64,000 nucleotides of DNA from Candidatus Sumerlaeia bacterium (GTDB lineage: Bacteria; Sumerlaeota; Sumerlaeia; SLMS01; JANRJK01). Both the position numbers and the translations under genes were made by a program. The notes below the pieces were generated by a model. The model searched no databases, had not been told where the DNA came from, and saw only the letters and a program-made list of their open reading frames with translations. This document shows positions 51,743 to 62,331 of the stretch, piece by piece. Numbering within the stretch: the stretch's first letter is position 1; each line of letters starts with the position of its first letter. The stretch is from NCBI GenBank assembly GCA_033764015.1, contig JANRJK010000053.1, positions 32,001 to 96,000 of the forward strand. The letters are read 5' to 3'.

Positions 51743-51991
51743 ATGAAGCTCACCTTCCTCGACCTCCGGCGCGACCCCGGCAAGCTCCTCGACGCCGTCG
51801 AGCGCGGCGAGGCCGTCACGCTCTCGCGCCGCGGCCGCGACATCGCTAGGGTCGTCCCCGCCGGCTCTCCCGGCAAGGCGCCGAAGGTTGCCGACCACCC
51901 GGCCTTCGGCATGTGGGCGGAGGCCGACACCTCCGAGTCGCCGGCGGCGCTGGTGAGGCGGATGCGGCGTGGGCGCTTCCATGGTCTTTGA
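51743..51991 (+). CDS. Phd/YefM family antitoxin
   Basis: LLDAVERGEAVTLSRRGRDIARVVP; FGMW. Confidence 0.88.
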   Translation: MKLTFLDLRRDPGKLLDAVERGEAVTLSRRGRDIARVVPAGSPGKAPKVADHPAFGMWAEADTSESPAALVRRMRRGRFHGL

Positions 51992-52361
51992 CACGGACGT
52001 CCTCATCTGGTGCCTGCGCGGGAATGCGCGGGCCGGGCAGGCGATCCAGCGCGACCCGTCGCGGGCCCTGTCGATCGTGAGCTACATGGAACTGCTGCAG
52101 GGCGCGAAGAACCGCCGCGAGCTGGGCCTGATCCGCGCCTTCCTGAAGGACCTCGGGTTCGCGATGCTGCCGCTGACCGAGGCCATCGGCCACCGCGCCG
52201 CCGTGTACATGGAGGAGTACACCCTCAAGGGCGCCCTCTCCATGCCCGACGCGCTCGTCGCCGCCACCGTGGTGGATGCCGGCGAGACGCTCTGCACGGC
52301 CAACACGAAGCACTTCAAGATCGTCGCGGAACTCTCCGTGAAGCCGTTCCGGCCGGAGTAG
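51981..52361 (+). CDS. vapC: VapC PIN-domain toxin
   Basis: FDTDVLI, YMELLQG, DALVAATV, TANTKHF. Confidence 0.92.
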   Translation: MVFDTDVLIWCLRGNARAGQAIQRDPSRALSIVSYMELLQGAKNRRELGLIRAFLKDLGFAMLPLTEAIGHRAAVYMEEYTLKGALSMPDALVAATVVDAGETLCTANTKHFKIVAELSVKPFRPE

Positions 52362-52409
52362 GCCACCGCATCGTTGGCCCGCCGGACTACGGGATCAGAG
52401 AGCGCCCCC

Positions 52410-52880
52410 CTACTCCTCCCGCTTCGCCTCCACATCGACCAGCAGCCGCTGGCCGCCTTTGCCGCGGACTTCCTCCCAGCCGGGGAATTCGCTGCCGGTG
52501 GACCATTCCCAGGTCTTGACGGTGACGGATTCCGTGGCGGCGGAGCGTTTCTTGAAGAAGAGCGCGAAGACGAGCGTCCACAGCAGCAGGCGGGTGGGCG
52601 GGAAGAGCAGCGCGAGGCCGAGCAGGTCGGCCATGGGGCCGGGGAGGATGAGGAAGACGCCGGCGATGGCTTGCGCGGCGCGCTCGCCGAGGACCGCCGC
52701 GGGCGAGGCGCCGGGCTTCGCGGGGCGCAGGCGGCCCTTGAGCGAGTGGATGCCGAGGATGCCGGTGCCGAACACGAGCGCCATCGCCATGACGCCGCCG
52801 AAGCGCGCGCCGAAGAAGCCCAGCAGCACGAGGTCGGCGACGAAGAGCGCGACCGGGACGAGCGCGGCGAGGCAGCCCAC
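52410..52880 (-). CDS. FxsA-like membrane protein
   Basis: GVFLILPGPMADLLGLALLFPPTR. Confidence 0.65.
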   Translation of the reverse strand: MGCLAALVPVALFVADLVLLGFFGARFGGVMAMALVFGTGILGIHSLKGRLRPAKPGASPAAVLGERAAQAIAGVFLILPGPMADLLGLALLFPPTRLLLWTLVFALFFKKRSAATESVTVKTWEWSTGSEFPGWEEVRGKGGQRLLVDVEAKREE

Positions 52881-52889
52881 GGCGCGCCG

Positions 52890-53855
<966 letters not shown>

Positions 53856-53866
53856 CGGGCGGGCTC

Positions 53867-54796
53867 CTAGGATTCTGGGCGCGGGGAGGTGATGCGATCA
53901 ACACGCACCGCTTCCGCAGCGTCGCGGAGCGCGGCGGGGGAAGGCAAGCCGCCCGTCCCGGCGAGGAGGCGCGCGCGCGCCGCGGCGCTGGCGAGGCGGA
54001 GCAGCTCCGCCCCCCCGAGCCCGCGCGCGATGCCGGCGCAAAGGCCCCCCGCGAAGGCGTCGCCGGCCCCGGTGGCCTCGCCCTCGACGGCGGCGGGGCG
54101 CGCGCGCCAGACGCTCCCGCCGCGGGCGAGCAGCGCGCCCTCCGCGCCGAGCGTGGCGGCGGCGCCCTCGAGCGCCAGATCGTTGACCAAGTCAATCAAT
54201 GCGCGGGGTTCCGCCGGCGCGCCGAGGTCCGCCAGCTCCTCCGCGTTCACCTTCAGCCACCCGGCGCCGCGCGCCGCGAGCCGCAGCGGCGCGCCGGACG
54301 CGTCGAGGACCGTGGCCAGCGCGCCCGCTCCGCGCGCGGCGGCGAGCACTTCCGCCCAGGCGCCGTCGCCGAGGCCCGGCCACACGCCCCCCGCGCACAG
54401 CACCACGGCGCCGGCGGCGCGCCGGCGCACGGCGTCGAGCACCGCGCCGAGCCGCGAGGGGTCGATGGGCGCCGCGGCGCTGTTCACCTTGAAGCGCCCC
54501 GCCGGCGTCGCGAGGTGCGCGTTCGCGCGCCAAGGGGCGCCCGCGTCCACGACGTCGATCTCGACCTCCGGCGCGTGGCGGGCGGCGAGGCCGCGGTCCG
54601 CCGGGTCCGCCGGGAGGAGCGCCGCGGCGCGCTCCCCGAGCGCCGCCGCGATGCGCGCCGCGTTCAGGCCCTTGCCCGCGGCGGTCTCGGCGAACGCCGA
54701 GGCGCGGAGCACCGCGTCCGGGCGCCACTCGGGCACCTCGTACCACAGGTCGCGGCAGGGGTGCAGCGTGACGGCGAGAATCGGCGGGCGCTCCAT
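53867..54796 (-). CDS. PfkB family sugar kinase (1-phosphofructokinase-like)
   Basis: AGKGLNAAR, KVNAEE, TLGAEGA, ATGAGDAF. Confidence 0.85.
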   Translation of the reverse strand: MERPPILAVTLHPCRDLWYEVPEWRPDAVLRASAFAETAAGKGLNAARIAAALGERAAALLPADPADRGLAARHAPEVEIDVVDAGAPWRANAHLATPAGRFKVNSAAAPIDPSRLGAVLDAVRRRAAGAVVLCAGGVWPGLGDGAWAEVLAAARGAGALATVLDASGAPLRLAARGAGWLKVNAEELADLGAPAEPRALIDLVNDLALEGAAATLGAEGALLARGGSVWRARPAAVEGEATGAGDAFAGGLCAGIARGLGGAELLRLASAAARARLLAGTGGLPSPAALRDAAEAVRVDRITSPRPES

Positions 54797-54842
54797 GCGC
54801 CTCGGATTGCATTCCGGCGCCGCCCGGCGCAACGTCGAGGGC

Positions 54843-55925
54843 ATGAAGGGCGCCGTGATCGACTCGCTGGAATCGCTGGGCTGGAACGCCTCCCTGGAGG
54901 CGGACCGCGCCGCCGCGCGCGCGGCGCAGGCGGCGCTGGCGGGCCTCGAGCCGGCGCGCGTGCTGTCGGTGCACCGCGGCTGGTGCGAGGTGCACGACGG
55001 ACGCGCGGCGTTCCTGGCGAAGACGGCGTCGAAGCTCTTCCACGAGGACGGCGGCGGCCCCGGGCTGCCCGCGACGGGGGACTGGGTGCTGCTGGAGGAG
55101 CCGCGCCCGCCGCGCCCCGCGGCGGTGGCGGCGATCCTGCCGCGGCGCACCGCGCTTACGCGCAAGGAGGCGGGCCGGGCGACGCGGGCGCAGACGCTCG
55201 CGGCGAACGCGGACGGCGTGCTGGTGGTGATGGCGCTGGTGGAGGATTTCAACATCGCGCGGCTGGAGCGCTACCTGGCGCTCGTCAAGTCCTCCGGCGC
55301 GCCGGCGTGCGTGGTGCTCAACAAGGCGGACCTGCTCGAACCGGAGGACGTCGCGGCGGCGGTGGCGGAGGTGCGCGCGGTGGCGCTCGGCGCGCCGGTC
55401 GCCACGGTCTCCGCGGAGACGGGCTTCGGCGTCGAGCGCCTCGGGCGGATGCTCGAGGCGCGGAAGACCTACGCGATGATCGGCTCCTCCGGCGCGGGGA
55501 AGTCGTCGCTGGCGAACGCGCTCGCCGGGGGCGAGGTGATGGCGGTGGGCGAGGTGCGCGAGACCGACGGCCGCGGGCGCCACACCACGTCGCACCGGCA
55601 GATGCTGGCGCTCCCCTCCGGCGCGCTGCTGATCGACAACCCGGGGCTGCGCGAGGTGGGCCTCTACGGCGCGAGCGAGGCGCAGCTCGCGGAGGTCTTC
55701 GCGGACCTGCTGGCGCTCGCCGGCGGCTGCAAGTTCCGCGACTGCCGCCACGAGTCGGAACCGGGCTGCGCGGTGCTCGCCGCGATCGAGGCGGAGACGT
55801 TCGACCCGGACCGGCTGGACAGCTACCGGCGGCTGCTGGAGGAGGCGCGGGGCGTCTCCGCGGCGGCGGCGAAGCGGAGCGAGCGCGCGGGCTCGCTGGC
55901 GATGAAGCGGGCGAAGCGGCGCTGA
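54843..55925 (+). CDS. rsgA: Ribosome small subunit-dependent GTPase A
   Basis: TGDWV, NKADL, GSSGAGKSS, GRHTT, CKFRDCRHESEPGC. Confidence 0.95.
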   Translation: MKGAVIDSLESLGWNASLEADRAAARAAQAALAGLEPARVLSVHRGWCEVHDGRAAFLAKTASKLFHEDGGGPGLPATGDWVLLEEPRPPRPAAVAAILPRRTALTRKEAGRATRAQTLAANADGVLVVMALVEDFNIARLERYLALVKSSGAPACVVLNKADLLEPEDVAAAVAEVRAVALGAPVATVSAETGFGVERLGRMLEARKTYAMIGSSGAGKSSLANALAGGEVMAVGEVRETDGRGRHTTSHRQMLALPSGALLIDNPGLREVGLYGASEAQLAEVFADLLALAGGCKFRDCRHESEPGCAVLAAIEAETFDPDRLDSYRRLLEEARGVSAAAAKRSERAGSLAMKRAKRR

Positions 55926-55932
55926 GGCGCGG

Positions 55933-56355
55933 CTACGCGGGCTCCGGCGCGTCGAACACCCCGGACACGTCGGGCTTGTTCAACAGGATGATCGTCAGGA
56001 CTCCGACAGCGGTTCCCACGGGGAACGACATGCAGTTCACCGCGGCGACCACGGTGCAGAACATCCGGCGGCGCCGCTCGCGCAGGTAGCGCCCCGCCAA
56101 CATCGTTGCGATCCCGAGCGCCCAGGCGACCAGGATGATCGCCGCGGCGACGACGACGAAGAGCCCGCCGACCGCCTTGACCATCGGCTCGCCCTGGGTG
56201 CCGGGCGGCGGACCCTGCATCCGTCCGGTCAGGATACCGATCCCCACCACCAGATGGATCACCGGGAAGCTCCCGCATAGCAGCGTCAGCGCGCCGAGGA
56301 TGTAATGCGCCCATCCGAGCAGGTCGAGGTAGCGTGCGTCGTCGCGGGACATCAT
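55933..56355 (-). CDS. Small membrane protein
   Basis: Three to four TMs; FPVGTAVGV. Confidence 0.75.
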   Translation of the reverse strand: MMSRDDARYLDLLGWAHYILGALTLLCGSFPVIHLVVGIGILTGRMQGPPPGTQGEPMVKAVGGLFVVVAAAIILVAWALGIATMLAGRYLRERRRRMFCTVVAAVNCMSFPVGTAVGVLTIILLNKPDVSGVFDAPEPA

Positions 56356-56416
56356 GCGGCTGTCCTCCAGTCCGATTCCTACCGCCGGGCGGCGCGGCTA
56401 TTCACCGCCCGCGCCG

Positions 56417-57367
56417 CTACAACCCCAAGCGGTCGTAGGCCGCCTCGAGCACCGAGGCGGAGTGGGCGAAGGCGCCGCGCTCCTCCGCCGAGAGGTCGAG
56501 CGGGAAGGGGCCCTGCGCGCCCTCGCCGCTCACCATGCAGGGAAGCGACATGCAGAGGTCGCCCTTCCCTTCCACGGCGCCGAGGGCGCGGGTGACGGTG
56601 AAGAGGCCGGGGAGCCGTCCGCGCAGCGCGCGCATCAGCCGCAGCGTCGTTTCCGCGATGGCGAAGGCGGTGTTCCCCTTGCTGGCCATGATCGAGTAGG
56701 CGATGGAGCGCACCTCGTGGCTGATCGCCGCGACGTCACCGGCGTCGAGCGGGCGCCCGACGCGCTCGGCGAACTCGAAGACGCTGAAGGGCCCGGCGTG
56801 CGCGCGGCTCCAGACCAGCACCTCGGTGTCGCCGTGCTCGCCGATGACGTGCGCGTGGATGTTGGAGGGCGAGAGGCCGAGGCGCCGCGAGAGCACCTCG
56901 CGGAAGCGCGCGGAATCGAGCGTGGTGCCGGTGCCGAAGACGCGCTCCGGGGGGAAGCCGCTGAACTCGAGCGCAAGGCGCGTCATCACGTCCACCGGGT
57001 TGGTGATGACGAGGAGCACCGCGCCGGGGTTGCGGCGGGCGAGCTCGGGGATGATGCGCGAGAAGAGCTCGGCGTTGCGCTTGAGGAGCTCCATGCGCCC
57101 CTCCGTGGGCGCGGCGGGCATCGAGGCGCTCACCACGAGGAGGTCGTGGCCCTCGCACGCTTCGATGGTCTCGGCCTGGTTCAGCGCGACCGGGTTGCCC
57201 CAGGGCTGGCAGTGGCGGAGGTCGAGCAGGTTGGCGCGGGTGCGCTCGACGTTGTAATCGACAAGGGTGAGTTCGCGCGAGACGCCGGCGGTGAGCGCGC
57301 CGTAGGCGAGCGCCGCCCCCACCTGCCCGACGCCCACAAGCGCGGTGCGCAATCCCCGGTTCTCCAT
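56417..57367 (-). CDS. LDH/MDH-family 2-hydroxyacid dehydrogenase
   Basis: GVGQVG, ITNPVD, GTTLDSARF, GEHGD. Confidence 0.9.
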   Translation of the reverse strand: MENRGLRTALVGVGQVGAALAYGALTAGVSRELTLVDYNVERTRANLLDLRHCQPWGNPVALNQAETIEACEGHDLLVVSASMPAAPTEGRMELLKRNAELFSRIIPELARRNPGAVLLVITNPVDVMTRLALEFSGFPPERVFGTGTTLDSARFREVLSRRLGLSPSNIHAHVIGEHGDTEVLVWSRAHAGPFSVFEFAERVGRPLDAGDVAAISHEVRSIAYSIMASKGNTAFAIAETTLRLMRALRGRLPGLFTVTRALGAVEGKGDLCMSLPCMVSGEGAQGPFPLDLSAEERGAFAHSASVLEAAYDRLGL

Positions 57368-57519
57368 GGCGGCGGCTCCGATCCGTTCGATGCTGGACGA
57401 AGCGTGCGCGCGGCGCGCGGGCGGGGACAACGCGGTTCGGGGGTCCCGCAACGCAGCGGCGGCCCCGGATCGCTCCGGGGCCGCCTTGGGATGCCGCGGT
57501 CGCTCCTGCTGCGGGGCGG

Positions 57520-60500
57520 TTAGTTGCCCATCAGCGTCCAGTCCTCAACCGAGCTCGGCGTGTCGAGCACGTTGAAGTTGTCGATGTAGTACGTGATGCC
57601 GTCGCCGTCGCCGTCCGAGACGCCCGAGTCGGCGTAGAACGCGACGCGGACGTTGCCGGAGACCGGGAAGGGGATCTTGATCGTCGTCGGCGTGCCGGGG
57701 ATCGAGTCCGCGGAGGTCCAGGTGCGCAGGATGTTCGCCGAGGACCAGGTGGAGCCGTCCGGCGAGTAGAGCACCGAGAAGCTGCCGGTGCTGTTGATGG
57801 TGCCGGGGCCCGCGCCGAAGTCATTGCCGGAGGCGAGGTCGAACTCGATGCGGGTGTCGGCGGAGCGGCTGGCGGGGACGGCGATGATCTGCGAGATCAG
57901 CCACTCCCGGCGGGCCTGGACGCCGGGGTTGAAGGGGAAGCTGAAGTGGCGCATGGCGTCGGTGCCGGCGAAGGTGACGCCGCCGCCGTTCATGCCGCCC
58001 TGGTCCCAGGAGGTGATGGTCGTGGAGGAGTTCGGACCGCGGGTGAAGCTGACGCTACCGGTGAGCGCGCCCTCCGCGAGGAGCCAGTCCACCGGGGGAA
58101 CCTCGACCATCGCGTCGAAGCCTTCCTCGAAGGGATAGGGGCCGGGCTCGCCGACCTTGGTGATGAACATCCGGATCGGGCTGTCGGCGGAGCCGACGCC
58201 GTTCGTCGCGCGGACCTGCCAGTAGTACACGGTGTCGACCGCGAGGTTGGTCATGTGCGCGTAGCTGGTGGCGGTGCCCTGGTCGGCGAGGCTGAGGACG
58301 TTGGTCGGCGTGGTCGCGCCGGCGCCGTCGGTGCCGAGGGAGATGTAGTAGTTGGTGACCGCGCCGCCGGAGCCGGCGTTCCAGGTGAACGTGGGCTGCA
58401 GGCTGGTGCGGGTGCGGTTGTTCGCGGGCGCCGAGAGAACCGGGGCGCCCGGGGCGACCGGCGGGATCTCCTCGATGATGAAGTTGTCGATGAACAGGTC
58501 GTTGTCGGCGTTCAAGGCGTTCGAGAACGCGTAGAAGCCGAGGCGGACGAGGCCCGTGTAGGCGCTGAGGTCCACGGTCACGAGCTGGCCCGCGCCGTTC
58601 GCGATCGTGTCTGCGCTGGTGAACTGGCGCAGGGTGTTGGCCGCGTTCCAGGTCGTGCCGCCATCGGTCGAGATGACGACGGCGAAGATGTCGTCGGCGC
58701 CGAGCGTGGCCGAACCCGTTCCGTTGAAGACTGTCAGGGAGAGGTCGAACTTGGCGCGGTAGTCGTTCGTCGTGCCGAGGTCGATCTGCGGCGTGACGAG
58801 CCACTCGTTCGCGGTGGTGCCGAAGAGGTTGATGCGGGCGGCGCCGGTGCTGCCGACGTTGCCCATGCCGTCCGCGCCCCAGGAGCTGTTGTCGGCCGCG
58901 GCGAGCGCCGGGCTGAAGGTGGTCGGGGTGCCGAGGTTGCCCTGTCCCTCAAGCCAGAAGGCGGGCAGGTAGCTCGCGAAGTTCTGCGTGTGCGGGAAGG
59001 TGTCGATGACGGGGCTGGCTTCCGTTGTGAAGGACCAGATCGGGGCGCCCGTGGCGGAGCCGTCGGCATCGTAGGGGACGATCTGCCAGTAGTAGGTGGT
59101 GCTGTACGCCATGTTTCCGGGCGGATCGTAGGTGGTGACGAGCCCGAGATCGGAATTGTTGGCGATGTTCGTCGGCGGGGTGACGCCGGCGCCGTCGGTG
59201 CCGAAGTAGAGGCGGTAGCCGGTGGGTGCCGCGCCCAGCGGGTCGGCGGCCCAGGTGAGGTTCGCCGTGCGGAGGACGTTCGTGGCCGCGTTCGCGGGCG
59301 ACGGTGTGGTCGCGGGGAACGGATCGGTGGGGAGCAGTTCAACGGTGAAGTCGTCGACGTAGAAGTTCACGTCGCCGGTGCCGGAGGCCTTGCGCGCGTA
59401 GAAGGCGAATTGCACGCGGTCCGAACCGGGGGCGAGGTTGTAGATCTCCGTCTGACCGAGATTCGACACCGGCGTGGTGTTGTCGAACGTGTCGAGGATG
59501 TTGGCCGAGCTCCAGGTAAGGCCGCCGTCGGTGGACATCACCACGTTGACCGTGGCGCCAGTCCCGATCGTCGTGGCGGTGGAACCGCTGAACGGCGTAA
59601 GGCCCGCGCGGAAGCGCATCCGGTAATCGACCGCCGCGTTAAGGTCGAACACGGGCGAGATGATCCACTCCCCGTTGAGGGCGGTGCCGAACAGGTTGAT
59701 GCGCGCGGAGCGGTTCAGAGGCGAGGTCACGTTCAGGAAGTCGTCCGCCTGCCATCCAGCGGCGTCCGCGGTGGTGGGCGCGGTGAGGAACGTGGTCGGG
59801 GCTCCGATTTGACCGTCCGCCTCGAACCATCCAGTGGGCGGTGTGCCTTGGAAGCTCGAGGTGTACGCGCTGAAGTCGTAGGTGTACGGGAACGTCGAGA
59901 TCGCCGGGTCGGCCGCCGTGGTGAAGCTCCAGATGGGGGGCGAGGCGGGCTGGCCGTCCAGGTTGTACGGCGTGATCTGCCAGTAGTAGGTGGTCGAGTA
60001 GGCGAGGTTCGAGGCCGGGTCGTAGGTGGTGACGAGGCCGAGGTCGCTGTTGTTGACGATGTTCGTCGGAGTCGTCACGCCGCCGCCGTCGGTGCCGAAG
60101 GACAGGCGGTAGCCGGTGGGGAAGCCGCCGGTGCCCGGGGCCCAGCCGAGGTTCGTGGTGATGGCGACGCTGGTGGCGGCGTTCGCCGGCGAAGGTGCCG
60201 CGGCGGCATTCGGCGGCCCGGAGGGAACCGCGTAGGTCCAGATGAAGCGGCGGTTCGCGTCGGGGAGGACGGCTGTGGTGTAGGGGAGCGTGGCGCTGTT
60301 CGTGGCGCCGGCGCTGCTGGCGGTCCAGGCCGCGCCGGTGCGGTTCAGGTAGTCCGCGTTCGTGGCGCCCTTGATGCCGACTTCCGTTGTGTCGGCCGCT
60401 CCCGAGTAGGTCGTGGGGCCGTAGTGGAAGTAGATGTTGTTCGAGGTCTCTTCAAGGATGATCTGGAAGTTGGCGGAACCGGTCGTGTTCCAGGGACGCG

Positions 60501-60939
60501 TGTCCTTGTACTGGATGACGAACCTGCGGTTGGGGGCGACGCCGGTGAGTTCGGAGCGGACGGTGCCCGAGGTGTTGCACTGGAGGTCGTTGCCCATGGG
60601 GGCGATGATGTTCTGCGTGCCGGCCGCGGAGCTGCTGATCGGCGTGTACGTGTTGGTCGCGGGTGCGGTCCCGAAGTTCACGAAGCCGTTCGAGTTGATG
60701 TTCAGCGCCGTGTAGTTGGCGCCGTCGTAGTTGAACGTGAAACCAATGGCGACGGCCGTGTAGTTGTTGTCGTCGACGCCGGTGCCGGTGCCGTGCAGCG
60801 TGCCGCCGGTGATTTCCGTGTAGGTGGCGCCGGTGTCCTCGCTGAACGTGTAGTAGGTCGGAATCGCGGCGCCCGCGGTGGACGCCCCGATAATCAATAG
60901 GGCGGCTGCCAAGGCGCTCCCTAAACGTGTACTGCTCAT
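57520..60939 (-). CDS. Large secreted modular protein (3 x FN3-like + MAM/adhesin-like module)
   Basis: Signal peptide; three YYWQ modules each followed by an EWxxxx...S(T/P)DG domain; ends SSVEDWTLMGN. Confidence 0.85.
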   Translation of the reverse strand: MSSTRLGSALAAALLIIGASTAGAAIPTYYTFSEDTGATYTEITGGTLHGTGTGVDDNNYTAVAIGFTFNYDGANYTALNINSNGFVNFGTAPATNTYTPISSSAAGTQNIIAPMGNDLQCNTSGTVRSELTGVAPNRRFVIQYKDTRPWNTTGSANFQIILEETSNNIYFHYGPTTYSGAADTTEVGIKGATNADYLNRTGAAWTASSAGATNSATLPYTTAVLPDANRRFIWTYAVPSGPPNAAAAPSPANAATSVAITTNLGWAPGTGGFPTGYRLSFGTDGGGVTTPTNIVNNSDLGLVTTYDPASNLAYSTTYYWQITPYNLDGQPASPPIWSFTTAADPAISTFPYTYDFSAYTSSFQGTPPTGWFEADGQIGAPTTFLTAPTTADAAGWQADDFLNVTSPLNRSARINLFGTALNGEWIISPVFDLNAAVDYRMRFRAGLTPFSGSTATTIGTGATVNVVMSTDGGLTWSSANILDTFDNTTPVSNLGQTEIYNLAPGSDRVQFAFYARKASGTGDVNFYVDDFTVELLPTDPFPATTPSPANAATNVLRTANLTWAADPLGAAPTGYRLYFGTDGAGVTPPTNIANNSDLGLVTTYDPPGNMAYSTTYYWQIVPYDADGSATGAPIWSFTTEASPVIDTFPHTQNFASYLPAFWLEGQGNLGTPTTFSPALAAADNSSWGADGMGNVGSTGAARINLFGTTANEWLVTPQIDLGTTNDYRAKFDLSLTVFNGTGSATLGADDIFAVVISTDGGTTWNAANTLRQFTSADTIANGAGQLVTVDLSAYTGLVRLGFYAFSNALNADNDLFIDNFIIEEIPPVAPGAPVLSAPANNRTRTSLQPTFTWNAGSGGAVTNYYISLGTDGAGATTPTNVLSLADQGTATSYAHMTNLAVDTVYYWQVRATNGVGSADSPIRMFITKVGEPGPYPFEEGFDAMVEVPPVDWLLAEGALTGSVSFTRGPNSSTTITSWDQGGMNGGGVTFAGTDAMRHFSFPFNPGVQARREWLISQIIAVPASRSADTRIEFDLASGNDFGAGPGTINSTGSFSVLYSPDGSTWSSANILRTWTSADSIPGTPTTIKIPFPVSGNVRVAFYADSGVSDGDGDGITYYIDNFNVLDTPSSVEDWTLMGN

Positions 60940-61191
60940 GATCGCTCCAAGATGTGACCCGCCGAGGGGGGCGGGGGATACCGTCCGTCGGGGCCGTGGA
61001 ACCTCGGGTCGCGAGAGACAGGAAGCCCAACTATCCCGGTCTTGTCCAACTTCCGACAAGGGAAAAGTCGAGCGCAAGGCGCGAAAAGTCTTTTATTGGG
61101 CATAACCGGGCTTGGCCATTGCCAGCGGCGCGGCGCGGCCATAGGCTTGGCCCTGTTTGTCCAGAAACCGCGCATTGGAGCCCCCCCTCTC

Positions 61192-62283
61192 ATGACTCAC
61201 CGCCACCCCCCCGCCGCGGCCGCGCTGGCCGCCTTGCTGTTGGCGGGCGCCGCCCCGGCCCAAACCACGTACACCTTCACCGACATCCACCCGGCGGGGC
61301 AGGACAATTCGCTGTGCGCCGGCATCTCGCCGGACGGATCGCGGCAGGTTGGCGATGCGTCGACGGGTGTGTTCTTCACGAACTTCGTCGGCGTGGGTGG
61401 CCGCTGGGCCGGGAACGCCGCCTCCTTCGCCGCGATGACGGCGACGGGCTACGACCAGACTCTGGGCATCTACCTGAACGACACGGACGGGACGCGGCAT
61501 GTGGGCTGGGCGTTCCCGCAGGGGACTTTCTTCACCGACGCGATGTTATGGAACACGACGAACACGAACGGAGTCAGCATCCATCCGACGACGGGAGGCT
61601 TTTCCGATTCGGAGGCGACCGGTGTTTCGGGTTCGCTGGCGTGCGGCTACGCGATCGACGGCGGTGGCGCGAAGGCGGGTGTTTGGAGCGGATCGGGCTT
61701 TTCGACGTTCACGGTGATCCACCCGGCGGGGGCGCTGACCTCTTCCGCGCTGGATATCCGCGGCACGCATGTGGTGGGAGTGGCGCAGTTCCCCGGCCCG
61801 ATTTCGCAGGCGGCGTACTGGCCGCTGGCGACGGAGGCGAGTTTCGTGAACCTGGCGCCGCCCTCCGGCTATGGGGCGTCGCGGGCCACCGCCACCGACG
61901 GCATCAAGCAATCGGGCTTCGCCATCAGCAACGACTCGGGCCTGAACCACGCCATGATCTGGTCGGGCACCGCCTCGTCCTTCGTCGATGTGCATCCGCC
62001 GGCGTTCGACTCGAGCCGCATCCAAGGCGCCGCGCCGGGCATCCAAGTGGGCTTCGGCGAGGTGGGCGGGGCGCGGCAGGCGCTGCTCTGGCGCGGGAGC
62101 CTGGGCACGCTGGTGAACCTGCACGAGGTGCTCGGCGCGGGCTATGTGGAGTCGGAGGCGTTCGACGTGTCGGACAGCGGCGTGGTGGTGGGCTACGCGA
62201 TCACGACGGGGGGCGCCAGCCACGCGATCCTGTGGACGCCGCAGGGGGCGTCGAGCGCGGCGGGGTGGCAGCTTTACGAGTAG
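61192..62283 (+). CDS. Secreted HAF-like repeat (beta-propeller) protein
   Basis: Signal peptide; HAxxW...SFVDVHP repeats; ends SSAAGWQLYE. Confidence 0.8.
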   Translation: MTHRHPPAAAALAALLLAGAAPAQTTYTFTDIHPAGQDNSLCAGISPDGSRQVGDASTGVFFTNFVGVGGRWAGNAASFAAMTATGYDQTLGIYLNDTDGTRHVGWAFPQGTFFTDAMLWNTTNTNGVSIHPTTGGFSDSEATGVSGSLACGYAIDGGGAKAGVWSGSGFSTFTVIHPAGALTSSALDIRGTHVVGVAQFPGPISQAAYWPLATEASFVNLAPPSGYGASRATATDGIKQSGFAISNDSGLNHAMIWSGTASSFVDVHPPAFDSSRIQGAAPGIQVGFGEVGGARQALLWRGSLGTLVNLHEVLGAGYVESEAFDVSDSGVVVGYAITTGGASHAILWTPQGASSAAGWQLYE

Positions 62284-62331
62284 ACGGAAAGCGGCCGGGC
62301 CCCGCCGCGCGCGCGGCGGGGCCGGCGGGCG

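Noticed and set aside
60940..61191. Riboswitch in the divergent intergenic region
   Set aside because: No known aptamer consensus recognised; only short repeats
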